Assembly (NCBI GenBank): GCA_964391535.1
Contig: CAYMMJ010000001.1
Span: forward strand, 1 to 40,881
Origin: an uncultured Candidatus Saccharibacteria bacterium
Lineage (GTDB): Bacteria > Patescibacteriota > Minisyncoccia > Minisyncoccales > JAGGXC01
Direction of reading: 5' to 3'
DNA length: 40,881 nt
Below the pieces are notes generated by a model. It worked only from the letters and a program-made list of their open reading frames with translations. It was not told the origin of the DNA and did no database searches. Every line of letters begins with the position of its first letter. Position 1 is the first letter of the stretch. This document shows positions 24,769 to 34,834 of the stretch, one piece after another. The position numbers were made by a program, and so were the translations under genes.

Positions 24769-26193
24769 TTAGAATAGAGCTCTCGAAACATAAAGAGTTC
24801 CACTGCTAAGAATATACAATTTTTTGTTGCTTTCGTTGAAAAATATTTCTGGATTTTCAAACTTTTCTATACTTATAATATTAATGCTGTCTCGGTTATC
24901 AACCTCGCTTATTTTTATTTTATCGCCGGTATTAAATAATAAATAATTGTCGTTTAGCCAGAATATATTGTTGATTTTTTTAGAAAAACGAGCAAGAAAA
25001 ACTTTTTCTTGCCTTTTTCTTTGTGGCTGGGAAGGAATATCTTCAAGGAAAATAATTTGGATTTCGTGATCATTTACTGCTGCTAATTTCTTTGAATCAG
25101 GCGAGGTCTTTAATTGATTTGCGAAAATGTTTATTTTCTCGAAATTGCCAGAATTCGAATTAAGTTTATATAATATGTTATTCTCTCTTAGAAGAATCTC
25201 TCTTTTGATTATGTCTATAATGTATGTTGAGTTATTTTTAAATGATAAGGGAACAGTATTTAGAACCTCTGGTGTGTTTTTTAAAGAATCAGATCCATAC
25301 AATAATCCTTTAGTTGTAAGCCAATATATCTTATTATTGTTTATTTTGTAAGTAACTACATCCGCTGTAAATAGTTTGGGAAGATTCTTTGATGGGTTTT
25401 TTTGGTAGTTTATCCAAAAGAGCTCATCTTTGTCTTTTATACTTTTGATAAAAAATAATTCTTGAGTATTATTGGGATTGAATGATGCTTCTTTAGCGTT
25501 ATCAAGTAGCGGAAGAGTAGATATTTCTTTCTCTGGCTGAGCAATCTCTTTTATAAAATATTTTGTCTTTTTTTCGATTTCCGTTTTTAGAAGTATTTTT
25601 TTTGAGTCGTGGCTCCAAATGATTTTTAATAACTTGAGTTTGTTATCTCTTGTATCATTAGAAACAATTTTTTGTTCTAGATCAGTTTCGGTAAGAAGTT
25701 TTCTTTGAGTGTTGTTATCAAGATTAAAAACGTTTAACTCCCATTTCTCTTTATTCATCTTTTTGAGAATCATATATTTTCTGTCAGGCGAGAAAGTAAA
25801 ATCTTGGACATCCGAAGTTAGAGAAGAAAAACCTAAATTCTTTGGAAATAGAGTTATTTCTTTTGCTTCTGTGACAGTTCCGCTTTTTACTTCTAAATTT
25901 TTCTCCCATGAAAAATACCCCTCTTTTTTAATTGTTATCTCGTATTTTTTTGGAATTAGATTGTTTAAGAACGCCTCTCCAAACAAAATATCAGTCTTTT
26001 TTTTGAACTTTCCATCAAGATAAACGTCGGTTTGTCTTGGGACCGTTTTTAGAAAGAGTCCACCTGTTTTTATAAATTTTTTATTTCTAAAATCAAAGCG
26101 GTATCCTTGCGAATAGAATATTGCCAAAGGACATCCTAAAAAAAACAAAATCCCAAAAATTATAATAAGGATATTTCTTATCTTTTTATTCAT
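24769..26193 (-). CDS. Membrane-anchored PEGA-domain protein with a TolB-like beta-propeller repeat region
   Basis: N-terminal helix (ILIIIFGILFFLGCPLAIF). PEGA-like segment (TDVYLDGKFKKKTD...YEITIKKEGYFSWEK). Recurrent SPD.K / SHDSK blade-like motifs. Confidence 0.6.
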   Translation of the reverse strand: MNKKIRNILIIIFGILFFLGCPLAIFYSQGYRFDFRNKKFIKTGGLFLKTVPRQTDVYLDGKFKKKTDILFGEAFLNNLIPKKYEITIKKEGYFSWEKNLEVKSGTVTEAKEITLFPKNLGFSSLTSDVQDFTFSPDRKYMILKKMNKEKWELNVFNLDNNTQRKLLTETDLEQKIVSNDTRDNKLKLLKIIWSHDSKKILLKTEIEKKTKYFIKEIAQPEKEISTLPLLDNAKEASFNPNNTQELFFIKSIKDKDELFWINYQKNPSKNLPKLFTADVVTYKINNNKIYWLTTKGLLYGSDSLKNTPEVLNTVPLSFKNNSTYIIDIIKREILLRENNILYKLNSNSGNFEKINIFANQLKTSPDSKKLAAVNDHEIQIIFLEDIPSQPQRKRQEKVFLARFSKKINNIFWLNDNYLLFNTGDKIKISEVDNRDSINIISIEKFENPEIFFNESNKKLYILSSGTLYVSRALF

Positions 26194-26263
26194 ATTGCTG
26201 TATTAATTATTATATCTCAAAAACCCCTTTTATTGAAGTCAGGCCAATGTATTCTAAGGGGGC

Positions 26264-26292
26264 TTGCGAATTTTAAGATTTTGGCTTAGAAT
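26264..26292 (+). promoter_or_regulatory. Promoter TTGCGA-17-TAGAAT upstream of murA
   Basis: -35 at 26264-26269 and -10 at 26287-26292. The murA ATG at 26303 is 10 nt after the -10, implying a leader of only ~3-4 nt. The TTG of the -35 is the ORF-track start codon. Confidence 0.45.
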
Positions 26293-26302
26293 AAAAAGAC
26301 AT

Positions 26303-27562
26303 ATGCCGGAGAAATTCGTTATTCATGGTAAAAAACCACTAAATGGAATAGTAGAGATATCTGGTTCAAAAAATGCTGCTGGACCGATTTTGGCAGCTTC
26401 TCTTTTAACTGATGAAGATGTGGTAATTGATAATATTCCTCAAGTGGTTGATATTTTAAATATGATAGATGTGCTAAAAGAAATAGGAGCAAAGACAGAA
26501 TGGCTTTCCTCTAGAAGACTTAGGATTAATACTTCTAGTATTGACCCTTCTAAATTAGACGCGGAGAAGGTATCAAGAACAAGAGTGTCTGTGCTTTTAA
26601 TAGGGGCGTTCCTTGCTCGCTTTAAAGAATTTAAAATTGCAAGACCCGGAGGAGATAGGATAGGTGTTCGTCCAATTACTACTCATTTAGAAGCACTTAG
26701 AAAGTTAAATACCAATATATCTGCTGAAGGAGATTTTTATTATTTTTCAAGAAATACCATAGAGGGTAGTGAAATAGTTCTTAAAGAATTCAGTGTTACC
26801 GCTACAGAAAACTTGATTATGGCTTCTTGTCTTGCTTCGGGAAAAACAAAAATTATAGGAGCCGCTGCTGAGCCGCATGTTCAAGCCCTTGGAGAAATGC
26901 TTAATTTAATGGGGGCTCGAATTAGAGGATTAGGAACTCATACGATTGAAATAGAAGGGGTTAATCATTTGAAAGGCACATCATACAAAATTATTCCTGA
27001 TCCCATTGAGGCAGGCACTTTTATGATTATAGGAGCTCTCACAGAAGGACAGATTGAAATAAAAAACGTGCAGCCATCCCATCTTTCTTTATTTTTTGAT
27101 AAACTTGAAGAAGTAGGTGTTAATTTCAAAAAAAATTCCAATTCTATAGTAGTCGACTACTCTCCTAATTTAAAAGCGGCAAAAGTTCAAGCCCTTCCTT
27201 ATCCAGGATTTCCTACAGATCTTTTGCCTCCTATATCTACTTTACTTACTCAAGCGGAAGGAAAAAGTTTAATTCATGATCCTCTTTATGAAAATAGGTT
27301 TGGTCATCTTCAAGAACTTAAAAAAATGGGAGCAGATATTGAATTAGTGGATCCTCATCGTGCTTTAATTTTCGGAAAAACTCCCCTGAAAGGATTAAAG
27401 ATAGAAAGTTGGGATATTAGAGCCGGTGCCTCTTTGGTAATTGCGGGATTAATAGCCCAAGGACAGACAGTGCTTGAAAATATTTTTCAAATAGATAGGG
27501 GGTATGAGAAAATAGAAGAAAAACTTCAAAAATTAGGAGCAGACATTAAACGCATTAAATAA
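26303..27562 (+). CDS. murA: UDP-N-acetylglucosamine 1-carboxyvinyltransferase
   Basis: ISGSKNAAGPIL, RPGGDRIGVRPI..H, FPTD and IDRGYEKIEEKL motifs. ATG 26303 (MPEKFVIHG) is preferred over TTG 26264. Confidence 0.95.
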   Translation: MPEKFVIHGKKPLNGIVEISGSKNAAGPILAASLLTDEDVVIDNIPQVVDILNMIDVLKEIGAKTEWLSSRRLRINTSSIDPSKLDAEKVSRTRVSVLLIGAFLARFKEFKIARPGGDRIGVRPITTHLEALRKLNTNISAEGDFYYFSRNTIEGSEIVLKEFSVTATENLIMASCLASGKTKIIGAAAEPHVQALGEMLNLMGARIRGLGTHTIEIEGVNHLKGTSYKIIPDPIEAGTFMIIGALTEGQIEIKNVQPSHLSLFFDKLEEVGVNFKKNSNSIVVDYSPNLKAAKVQALPYPGFPTDLLPPISTLLTQAEGKSLIHDPLYENRFGHLQELKKMGADIELVDPHRALIFGKTPLKGLKIESWDIRAGASLVIAGLIAQGQTVLENIFQIDRGYEKIEEKLQKLGADIKRIK

Positions 27563-27578
27563 CTAAAATCTATTTAAT

Positions 27579-28592
27579 ATGTTTCTCAAAAAAATTGGTA
27601 TAGACTTGGGAACATGTAATTCATTGGTTTTTTTACCCAAGAAAGGCGTTGTTTTGCAGGAGCCGTCTGTAGTAGCCGTTTGGATGTCAGAAAACAAAAT
27701 TTTGGCGGTAGGAAATGAGGCAAAGGAAATGATTGGCAGGACGCCCGATGAGGTGAGAGTTTATCGTCCTCTTAAGAATGGTGTCATTGCTGATTATAGA
27801 ATTACCCAGGCAATGATAAAATATTTTATTGATTCTGTGATTGGGCGTTTTAGAATATTAAAGCCTGAGTTAATGATATCGGTGCCGGCTGGGATTACTT
27901 CTACCGAGAAGCGAGCCGTAATTGAAGCAGCAACTTTGGCGGGAGCACGACAAGCATTTGTTGCAAAAGAGCCAATACTCGCTGCAATTGGCGCTGGTAT
28001 TCCTATTAATTCATGTTCTGGTCATATGATAGTAGATATTGGCGGGGGAACATCTGAGGTAGCAGTGATATCTCTGGGAGGGATAGTTACTGCGAATTCG
28101 GTAAGGGTGGCAGGAGATAAAATGGATGAGGCTATATCCGATTTTATTAGAAAAAAATATAACCTTGCCGTAGGAGATCAGACAGCTGAAGAAATAAAGA
28201 TCAAAATAGGGACCGCTCTTCCGGAAAAAGAAAAGAAATACTTAGAGATCAGGGGGAGAGACTTAGTATCGGGACTTCCTCGGAATATTAAAATTTCTTC
28301 TCAGGAGGTGTGTGAAGCAATATCAGGACCCTTAAATGATATTGTGCAAGTTATAAAAGCAGTTTTAAGAGATACACCTCCAGAACTCGCGGCTGATATA
28401 ATGGATAAAGGTATGGTTGTTTCTGGAGGAGGAGCCCTTCTTAAAAATATAGATAAATTAATTTCCCAAAAAACAGGAGTTCCTTGTTTTGTAGCCGAAG
28501 ACCCTCTACTTTGCGTTGCTAAAGGCACAGGGATAGTGTTAGAAAGTTTGGATTTATATAAACGTTCTATTATGTCAAAGAAAAAAATATGA
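27579..28592 (+). CDS. mreB: Rod-shape-determining actin homologue MreB
   Basis: IGIDLGTCNSLVF, PLKNGVIADY, VDIGGGTSEVAVISLGG and VVSGGGALL motifs. Confidence 0.95.
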   Translation: MFLKKIGIDLGTCNSLVFLPKKGVVLQEPSVVAVWMSENKILAVGNEAKEMIGRTPDEVRVYRPLKNGVIADYRITQAMIKYFIDSVIGRFRILKPELMISVPAGITSTEKRAVIEAATLAGARQAFVAKEPILAAIGAGIPINSCSGHMIVDIGGGTSEVAVISLGGIVTANSVRVAGDKMDEAISDFIRKKYNLAVGDQTAEEIKIKIGTALPEKEKKYLEIRGRDLVSGLPRNIKISSQEVCEAISGPLNDIVQVIKAVLRDTPPELAADIMDKGMVVSGGGALLKNIDKLISQKTGVPCFVAEDPLLCVAKGTGIVLESLDLYKRSIMSKKKI

Positions 28593-29509
28593 GGATTGTC
28601 GGTCATCATTATATTTGGGAATTGCTTGTAAAATCAAATAAGGCAGGGAAGGTATCTCATGCCTATTTATTTTCTGGGCCCGATAAAGTAGGAAAAAAAA
28701 CACTGGCTTTGGAGTTTATAAAACTTCTAAATTGCCAAGAAGCCGATATTAACAAGAGACCTTGTCAGAAATGTTTTTCTTGCAGGGAGATTGAAAATAA
28801 AGTTTCTCCCGATTTGGTCCTAATAGAGGCTCAAAGAAAGGAAATCCAGATTTCTCAGATAAGAAATTTAAGCTGGAAGTTATCGCTCGAACCATATTCT
28901 AATGTTTTCAAATCGGCTATTATTGATAATGCCCATTTAATGAACAAAGAAGCACAAAGTGCTTTGCTGAAAACATTAGAAGAACCAAGAGGGAGAGCTG
29001 TGATAATTCTTATTACTTCCTTTCCTGAACTTCTACTTCCAACTATTGTTTCTCGTACAGAAAAAATAAGATTTTCTCTTGTTCCTCAAAAAGAGATTAA
29101 AAAATATCTTTTAGAAAAGAACACCTCACCTCAATTAATAGATAAAATTCTTTCGCTTTCTCCCGGCAGACCTGGTGAGGTGATTGAGGTTTTGAACAAT
29201 CCGGAGAAATTAAAAAAGATTGATCAAAAGATAAAAGACCTGGAGAGGTTAATTAATTCTTCAATTGGAGAAAGATTTCGATACGCTAAGAGTGAAAGTC
29301 AAGATTTTAATCAATTGAGAGAAACATTAGATATCTGGTTGAGGTATTTCCGAGACAAACTACGTTCGTCTTTAGAAACTTCATCGGAGAAAAATTCTTT
29401 AGCAAAATACAAAAGAATTATCAATCTTATTCAGGATATAAACCTTCTTCTTTTTAGGACAGAAGTGAATAAAAAGTTGGCTTTGGAGACGTTATTGCTG
29501 GAATTGTAA
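28589..29509 (+). CDS. holB: DNA polymerase III subunit delta'
   Basis: HAYLFSGPDKVGKKTLA P-loop-like motif, CQKCFSC zinc module, and SALLKTLEEP sensor motif. ATGA overlap with mreB. Confidence 0.85.
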   Translation: MRIVGHHYIWELLVKSNKAGKVSHAYLFSGPDKVGKKTLALEFIKLLNCQEADINKRPCQKCFSCREIENKVSPDLVLIEAQRKEIQISQIRNLSWKLSLEPYSNVFKSAIIDNAHLMNKEAQSALLKTLEEPRGRAVIILITSFPELLLPTIVSRTEKIRFSLVPQKEIKKYLLEKNTSPQLIDKILSLSPGRPGEVIEVLNNPEKLKKIDQKIKDLERLINSSIGERFRYAKSESQDFNQLRETLDIWLRYFRDKLRSSLETSSEKNSLAKYKRIINLIQDINLLLFRTEVNKKLALETLLLEL

Positions 29510-29519
29510 AAACCTTTGT

Positions 29520-29548
29520 TTGCTATATTCATTAATCTTTGTTATATT
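29520..29548 (+). promoter_or_regulatory. Promoter TTGCTA-17-TATATT positioned for a near-leaderless frr mRNA
   Basis: -35 at 29520-29525 and -10 at 29543-29548. The frr ATG at 29557 is 8 nt after the -10. Confidence 0.45.
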
Positions 29549-29556
29549 TTTAATAT

Positions 29557-30114
29557 ATGGAATATCAAGAAATTATAAACAAAATAAAACCCGAATTAGA
29601 AAAAGTCATTTCTTTTTTAGATAGAGAGTTATCTAAAGTAAGAACAAGCGGGGCATCTATTTCTTTAATAGAAGATATTCAAGTAGATTGTTTTGGTCAA
29701 AAGATGCTCCTAAAACAACTGGCAGCAATTTCTGCACCAGAACCGCGTTTAATTGTAATTCAGCCATGGGATGATTCCTATATTGAATCTATTCAAAAAG
29801 CCCTTGAAAAGGCAAACATTGGAGCAAATCCTATAGTAGATAAGAAAATTATTCGGCTTTCACTTCCGCCTTTAACCGAAGAATATCGTCAGAGTTTAGT
29901 GAAACTCCTTTCTGAAAAAAGAGAAAATGCCCGAAAAACTATAAGACATTGGAGAGAAGAAGCCTGGAAAGAGATACAAGAAAAATTCAGAGAAGGAGAA
30001 CTTTCCGAAGACGCCAAATACAAAGGAAAAGATAAACTTCAGGAACTAATTGACGAATATAACGAAAAGGTTGATAATAAAGTGGAGAAAAAGAAAAAAG
30101 AAATAGAACTCTAA
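29557..30114 (+). CDS. frr: Ribosome recycling factor
   Basis: 185 aa. ...LSKVRTSGASISLIEDIQVD.FG....LKQLAAIS.PE.R...IQPWD...IE.IQKAL..ANIGANP. Confidence 0.94.
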   Translation: MEYQEIINKIKPELEKVISFLDRELSKVRTSGASISLIEDIQVDCFGQKMLLKQLAAISAPEPRLIVIQPWDDSYIESIQKALEKANIGANPIVDKKIIRLSLPPLTEEYRQSLVKLLSEKRENARKTIRHWREEAWKEIQEKFREGELSEDAKYKGKDKLQELIDEYNEKVDNKVEKKKKEIEL

Positions 30115-30119
30115 ACTAT

Positions 30120-31250
30120 ATGATTCTTGCTATCGTTGTTTTTATTTTTATTTTGAGTTTTTTGGTTATTATTCACGAGTTTGCTCATTTTATTTTGGCA
30201 AAAAAAATGGGGGTAAAAGTAGAAGAATTTGGTATCGGCTACCCCCCCGCTGTATGGAAGAAAAGGATAGGAGAAACTCTCTACTCTATAAATATTATTC
30301 CTATTGGAGGGTTTGTTAAACTATATGGAGAAGAAGGGGAGAGTTCAATAAAGGAAGAAAGGAGTTTTGCCTCAAAAAGCCCATTGCAAAGAGCAGTTAT
30401 TATTACTGGAGGTGTAGCGATGAATTTTCTGGTTGCAGTTATTATTTTTTATTTTATGCTTTGGTCGTCTGGTTTTTCTTCTCAGATACCTTTGATATTT
30501 GATTACAAATTTCCTTTTGGTGAACAAAGGAGTTCCCCAATGATTATTGGAGTTGCCAAGGATTCCCCGGCAGATTACGCTGGTTTGAGAAGTCAGGATC
30601 TTATAGTTGAAGGAAACGGTATGCAATTTAAAAATTCAAGAGAATTCATTGAATTTATAGACGGAAATAAAGGAAAAGAAGTCACTTTGGTTGTAAAAAA
30701 TCTTATTAGTGGCAAGACCAGGCAAGTAAAAGCAATTCCTCGAGTTAATCCTCCCAAAAACGAAGGAGCATTAGGTGTGGCCATAGACGATATTAGTGAG
30801 ATAAGCTATCAAAAACCGTGGGAAAAACTAACTGCGGGATTTCTTCACTCACTTAACCTATCTCATTATTCTTTAGTGGGGCTTGGTTATTATGTAAAAG
30901 TTTCTCTTTCTCAAAGAAATGTTGAACCATTGGCTTCTTCTGTAGTGGGTCCGGTAGGTATTCTTGCTCTGACAAGAATAACTCTTCAGGAAGGAATTTA
31001 TCAAATAGTGTTGCTTATTGCTTTAGTTTCTTTGGCATTGTGCATAGTGAACATTTTACCTATTCCTCCTTTAGATGGTGGAAGATTAGTTTTTATTTTT
31101 TCAGAAGCAATTACAGGGAAAAGAGTATCTCCAAAAATAGAAGAAAGAGTTCAGCAAATAGGAATGATATTTTTTATCATTCTTTTTATCTTGGTTACCT
31201 CAAAAGATATTTTTCAATTCAAGGATATATTATTTAAAGGCCTATTTTAA
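30120..31250 (+). CDS. rseP: RseP-like M50 site-2 zinc metalloprotease
   Basis: HEFAHF zinc motif within the first TM helix, a single PDZ-like segment, and a C-terminal NILPIPPLDGG motif. Confidence 0.88.
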   Translation: MILAIVVFIFILSFLVIIHEFAHFILAKKMGVKVEEFGIGYPPAVWKKRIGETLYSINIIPIGGFVKLYGEEGESSIKEERSFASKSPLQRAVIITGGVAMNFLVAVIIFYFMLWSSGFSSQIPLIFDYKFPFGEQRSSPMIIGVAKDSPADYAGLRSQDLIVEGNGMQFKNSREFIEFIDGNKGKEVTLVVKNLISGKTRQVKAIPRVNPPKNEGALGVAIDDISEISYQKPWEKLTAGFLHSLNLSHYSLVGLGYYVKVSLSQRNVEPLASSVVGPVGILALTRITLQEGIYQIVLLIALVSLALCIVNILPIPPLDGGRLVFIFSEAITGKRVSPKIEERVQQIGMIFFIILFILVTSKDIFQFKDILFKGLF

Positions 31251-31263
31251 TAATCATTAAAAT

Positions 31264-33660
31264 ATGAAAAAGAAACAAAAACATATTCTTTGGTTTGAAG
31301 AAATTTCTATCAAAGACGTTCCATTAGTCGGAGGAAAAAATGCTTCCTTGGGAGAAATGTTTTCTTCTCTGGCAAAAAAAGGGGTAAATGTTCCCAATGG
31401 TTTTGCCCTTACTTCGGCTGCTTATTGGTACTTCCTAAAAAAGAATAAAATCGATAAAAAATTGGAAGATATTTTTAGGAAATTTAGGCCAGATAGTTTT
31501 ACAAGTTTGAGAAAAACAGGAAAGGCGGCACGCCAGCTGATTATGAAGGCAGATTTCCCCAAAGATCTAAAAGAAGAGATTATTGTAAGCTATAATAAGT
31601 TGTCAAAGAAATATGGATTCAAGAACATAGATGTAGCCGTTAGAAGTTCTGCTACAGCCGAAGATCTTCCTTCTGCTTCTTTCGCTGGTCAGCAAGAAAC
31701 CTATCTTAATATTTCTGGAAAAGAAAAGCTGCTTAAAGCAATTAAAAAGTGTATGGCTTCTTTGTTTACCGACAGAGCCATTTCTTACAGAGAACAGAAG
31801 GGTTTTAATCATTTAAAAATTGCTCTTTCGGTTGGCGTTCAGAAAATGGTTAGATCTGATTTAGCGTCAGCGGGAATTATGTTTAGTTTAGATACAGAAA
31901 CAGGGTTTAGAAACGTCATCTTAATTAATGGCATTTACGGAATTGGTGAGATGATTGTCCAAGGTAAGATCACTCCCGATCAATTTTATGTATTTAAACC
32001 GACCCTCAAGAAGGGTTTTGCGTCAATAATTGCAAAGAATCTTGGGCGAAAAAGTAAAAAATACGTATACAGTAAATCCGGAGGATTAAAAGAAGTAGAG
32101 GTTTCAAAAGAAAAACAACTAAAGTTTTGTCTAAGCGATAAAGAAATTTTAACTCTAGCAAGATGGGCCCAGATTATTGAGAATCATTATTCAAAAAAAG
32201 CGGGGAAGTGGGTTCCTCAAGATATGGAGTGGGCAAAAGATGGCAAGACGGGTCAATTGTTTATTGTTCAGGCGCGTCCCGAGACCGTCCATTCGATAGA
32301 GAACAGAAATGTTTTTGAAGAATACCAAATAAAAGCTTCTTCTAAGCCTATTCTTAAAGGAATTGCTATTGGTAATAAGATTGCTCAAGGTAGGGCAAAA
32401 ATTATTTCCGATATTTCTAAGGCTTCTCATTTCAGAAAAGGAGAAATTCTGGTTACAAAAATGACTGACCCCGACTGGGTGCCGGTTATGAGAATTGCTT
32501 CAGCAATTGTTACTGACGAGGGAAGTAAAACCTGTCATGCTGCAATAGTAGCAAGGGAATTAGGAATACCTTGTATTGTCGGTTCTCAGAAGGCAACCAA
32601 AGTTCTTAAGTCAGGACAGGAGATTACCGTTGATTGCACACAAGGTTTAGATGGAAGAGTTTTCTTGGGTAAAGTTCCGTTTAAGATTAAAAGATACAAT
32701 CTTAGGAAAGTTCCAAAGTTAAAAACAAAAATAATGGTAAATATTGGCGCTCCTGAAATTGCTTTCAAAACTTCTTTTTTGCCAAACGACGGAGTGGGTT
32801 TAGCTCGAGAAGAATTTATTATAGCCGAGAAAATCAGAATTCATCCTTTAGCGCTTTATCATTTTTCTAGATTAAAAGATAAAAAACTTAAAAAGAAAAT
32901 TGAGGAAATTACTCGAGGATATAAAGACAAAAAACAATATTTTATTGATAAACTTGCTGAGGGAGTTGCTCAAATTGCTGCTGCTTTTTGGCCCAAGCCA
33001 GTGATTGTAAGATTATCTGACTTTAAAACAAAAGAATACAGGGGATTGATTGGAGGATATTTATTTGAGGGAAAAGAGGCAAATCCTATGCTTGGTTTTA
33101 GAGGAGCGTCTAGGTATCTAGATAATGAATTCAAACCAGCATTTGAAATGGAATGTTTGGCAATTAAGAAAGCAAGAGAGAAATTTGGCTTAAAAAACAT
33201 TGTAATAATGGTTCCCTTTTGCCGGACGCCAGAAGAAGGCAGGGGAGTTGTGAAATTAATGGAAAAATATGGATTAAAACAACACAAAGACGGGCTCAAA
33301 ATTATTGTAATGTGCGAGATCCCTTCCAATGTAATTTTAGCAGACGAATTCTTGAGAATTTTTGACGGAATGAGTATTGGATCCAACGATTTAACGCAGT
33401 TAACTTTAGGTATGGATAGAGATAATGCTCGTATTGTTTATATTGCCGATGAGAGAAATAAAGCGGTAAAGGAAATGATTAAAAAAGTTATAAATCTTTG
33501 CAATAGAAGGAAAAAGTACTGCGGCATATGTGGACAGGCGCCGAGCGACTTTCCTGACTTTGCTGAATTTATAATGAAGGAGGGAATTCAAAGTATGTCT
33601 CTTAATCCTGACACGGTTATTCCAACGATTTTAAAATTGGCTAAAATAAAAAAGAGGTGA
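31264..33660 (+). CDS. ppsA: Phosphoenolpyruvate synthase (pyruvate, water dikinase)
   Basis: 798 aa. N-terminal ATP-grasp (VGGKNASLGEM). Phospho-His domain (GSKTCHAAIVARELGIPCIVG). C-terminal PEP-utilising TIM barrel (SIGSNDLTQLTLG). Confidence 0.95.
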   Translation: MKKKQKHILWFEEISIKDVPLVGGKNASLGEMFSSLAKKGVNVPNGFALTSAAYWYFLKKNKIDKKLEDIFRKFRPDSFTSLRKTGKAARQLIMKADFPKDLKEEIIVSYNKLSKKYGFKNIDVAVRSSATAEDLPSASFAGQQETYLNISGKEKLLKAIKKCMASLFTDRAISYREQKGFNHLKIALSVGVQKMVRSDLASAGIMFSLDTETGFRNVILINGIYGIGEMIVQGKITPDQFYVFKPTLKKGFASIIAKNLGRKSKKYVYSKSGGLKEVEVSKEKQLKFCLSDKEILTLARWAQIIENHYSKKAGKWVPQDMEWAKDGKTGQLFIVQARPETVHSIENRNVFEEYQIKASSKPILKGIAIGNKIAQGRAKIISDISKASHFRKGEILVTKMTDPDWVPVMRIASAIVTDEGSKTCHAAIVARELGIPCIVGSQKATKVLKSGQEITVDCTQGLDGRVFLGKVPFKIKRYNLRKVPKLKTKIMVNIGAPEIAFKTSFLPNDGVGLAREEFIIAEKIRIHPLALYHFSRLKDKKLKKKIEEITRGYKDKKQYFIDKLAEGVAQIAAAFWPKPVIVRLSDFKTKEYRGLIGGYLFEGKEANPMLGFRGASRYLDNEFKPAFEMECLAIKKAREKFGLKNIVIMVPFCRTPEEGRGVVKLMEKYGLKQHKDGLKIIVMCEIPSNVILADEFLRIFDGMSIGSNDLTQLTLGMDRDNARIVYIADERNKAVKEMIKKVINLCNRRKKYCGICGQAPSDFPDFAEFIMKEGIQSMSLNPDTVIPTILKLAKIKKR

Positions 33661-33706
33661 TATAATTAAAATATCCAAAAAGGTCTAAAAATAATTTATT
33701 AAAAAT

Positions 33707-34816
33707 ATGTCAAAAATTACTTTGAGTATCATTAAAGCCGATGTAGGAAGCATTGGCGGACATATAAAGCCGAGCCAGGAAATGATTAAAGCAGTTGAGA
33801 ATCACATAAGACGTAAAGGCAAAGGTCTTTTAATTGATTTTTATGTTAGCCATACGGGCGATGATATTGCTATTCTCTCAACTCACAAAAAAGGAGCTTT
33901 GAATCCAAAAGTCCATAAACTTTGCTGGGATGCTTTTCTAGAAGCCACAAAAATAGCCAAAAAGCAAGGTTTATATGGAGCGGGTCAAGACTTACTTAAG
34001 AGTTCGTTTTCTGGCAATGTTAAAGGAATGGGGCCAGCGGTAGCGGAAATAGAAATGGACGAAAGACCTGCTGAGCCATTTCTTTTCTTTGCTGCTGACA
34101 AGACTGAACCGGGTGCTTTTAACTTGCCTTTGTATCTTACTTTTTGTGATCCAATGTATACAGCGGGGTTTGTTCTCTCTCCTGTGTTGAAAAAAGGTTT
34201 TAGATTTGTAATTATGGATGTCTCTTACACTAAAGCTGACAAAATAATAGAGTTGAATTCTCCAGAACAAATATACGATATAGCTACCCTCCTGCGAGAC
34301 AATGGAAGATTTGTAGTTGAAAGCATTTGGTCAAGAGCAACAGGAGAACAAGTAGTTTCTGCTTCTACTACACGACTTCATAATATTGCTGGCAAATATG
34401 TAGGCAAGGACGATCCAGTAATGCTGGTGAGAACCCAAAAGAATTTTCCAGCAACGGGAGAAGTGCTGGAACCATATACGATTTCCCATTACGTTTCAGG
34501 ATTTATGCGTGGTTCCCACACCGGACCCTTGATGCCGGTTAAGAAAAATTCTTCAATCTCTTTCTTTGATGGTCCTCCGGTTGTAAGTTGCTTGGCATTT
34601 TCAGTAAAAAATGGTAAATTAACAGGACCAGCAGATGTTTTTGACCATCCATATTGGGATTATGTTCGAGATAAGGCTTCGAAAAAAGCCGAAGAGATAA
34701 GACGTCAAGGGTTTTTTGGATCAGCGATGCTACCAATGACAGAGCTTGAATATACAGGTGTGATGGAAACATTAAAAACACTGGAAAAACAATTTGTTAT
34801 TCGAAAAAAGAAATAA
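33707..34816 (+). CDS. fbp: Bifunctional fructose-1,6-bisphosphate aldolase/phosphatase (class V FBPase, archaeal type)
   Basis: SIIKADVGSIGGH, LYGAGQDLL.SSFSGNVKGMGP, ADKTEPGAFNLPLY, AGKYVGKDDPVMLVR, MRGSHTGPLMPV and FDGPP align along the whole length with the archaeal FBP A/P family as I remember it. Confidence 0.9.
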   Translation: MSKITLSIIKADVGSIGGHIKPSQEMIKAVENHIRRKGKGLLIDFYVSHTGDDIAILSTHKKGALNPKVHKLCWDAFLEATKIAKKQGLYGAGQDLLKSSFSGNVKGMGPAVAEIEMDERPAEPFLFFAADKTEPGAFNLPLYLTFCDPMYTAGFVLSPVLKKGFRFVIMDVSYTKADKIIELNSPEQIYDIATLLRDNGRFVVESIWSRATGEQVVSASTTRLHNIAGKYVGKDDPVMLVRTQKNFPATGEVLEPYTISHYVSGFMRGSHTGPLMPVKKNSSISFFDGPPVVSCLAFSVKNGKLTGPADVFDHPYWDYVRDKASKKAEEIRRQGFFGSAMLPMTELEYTGVMETLKTLEKQFVIRKKK

Positions 34817-34834
34817 ATAATTAAGTTATAAATT

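Noticed and set aside
26264-26302. TTG start 13 codons upstream of the murA ATG
   Set aside because: The TTG coincides with the -35 hexamer of the predicted promoter. MPEKFVIHG aligns with the MurA N-terminus.
32970-33386. 138-aa minus-strand ORF inside ppsA, and similar antisense ORFs such as 5159..5596 and 25709..26023
   Set aside because: They are embedded antisense in well-supported conserved genes and have no independent signals or recognisable motifs.
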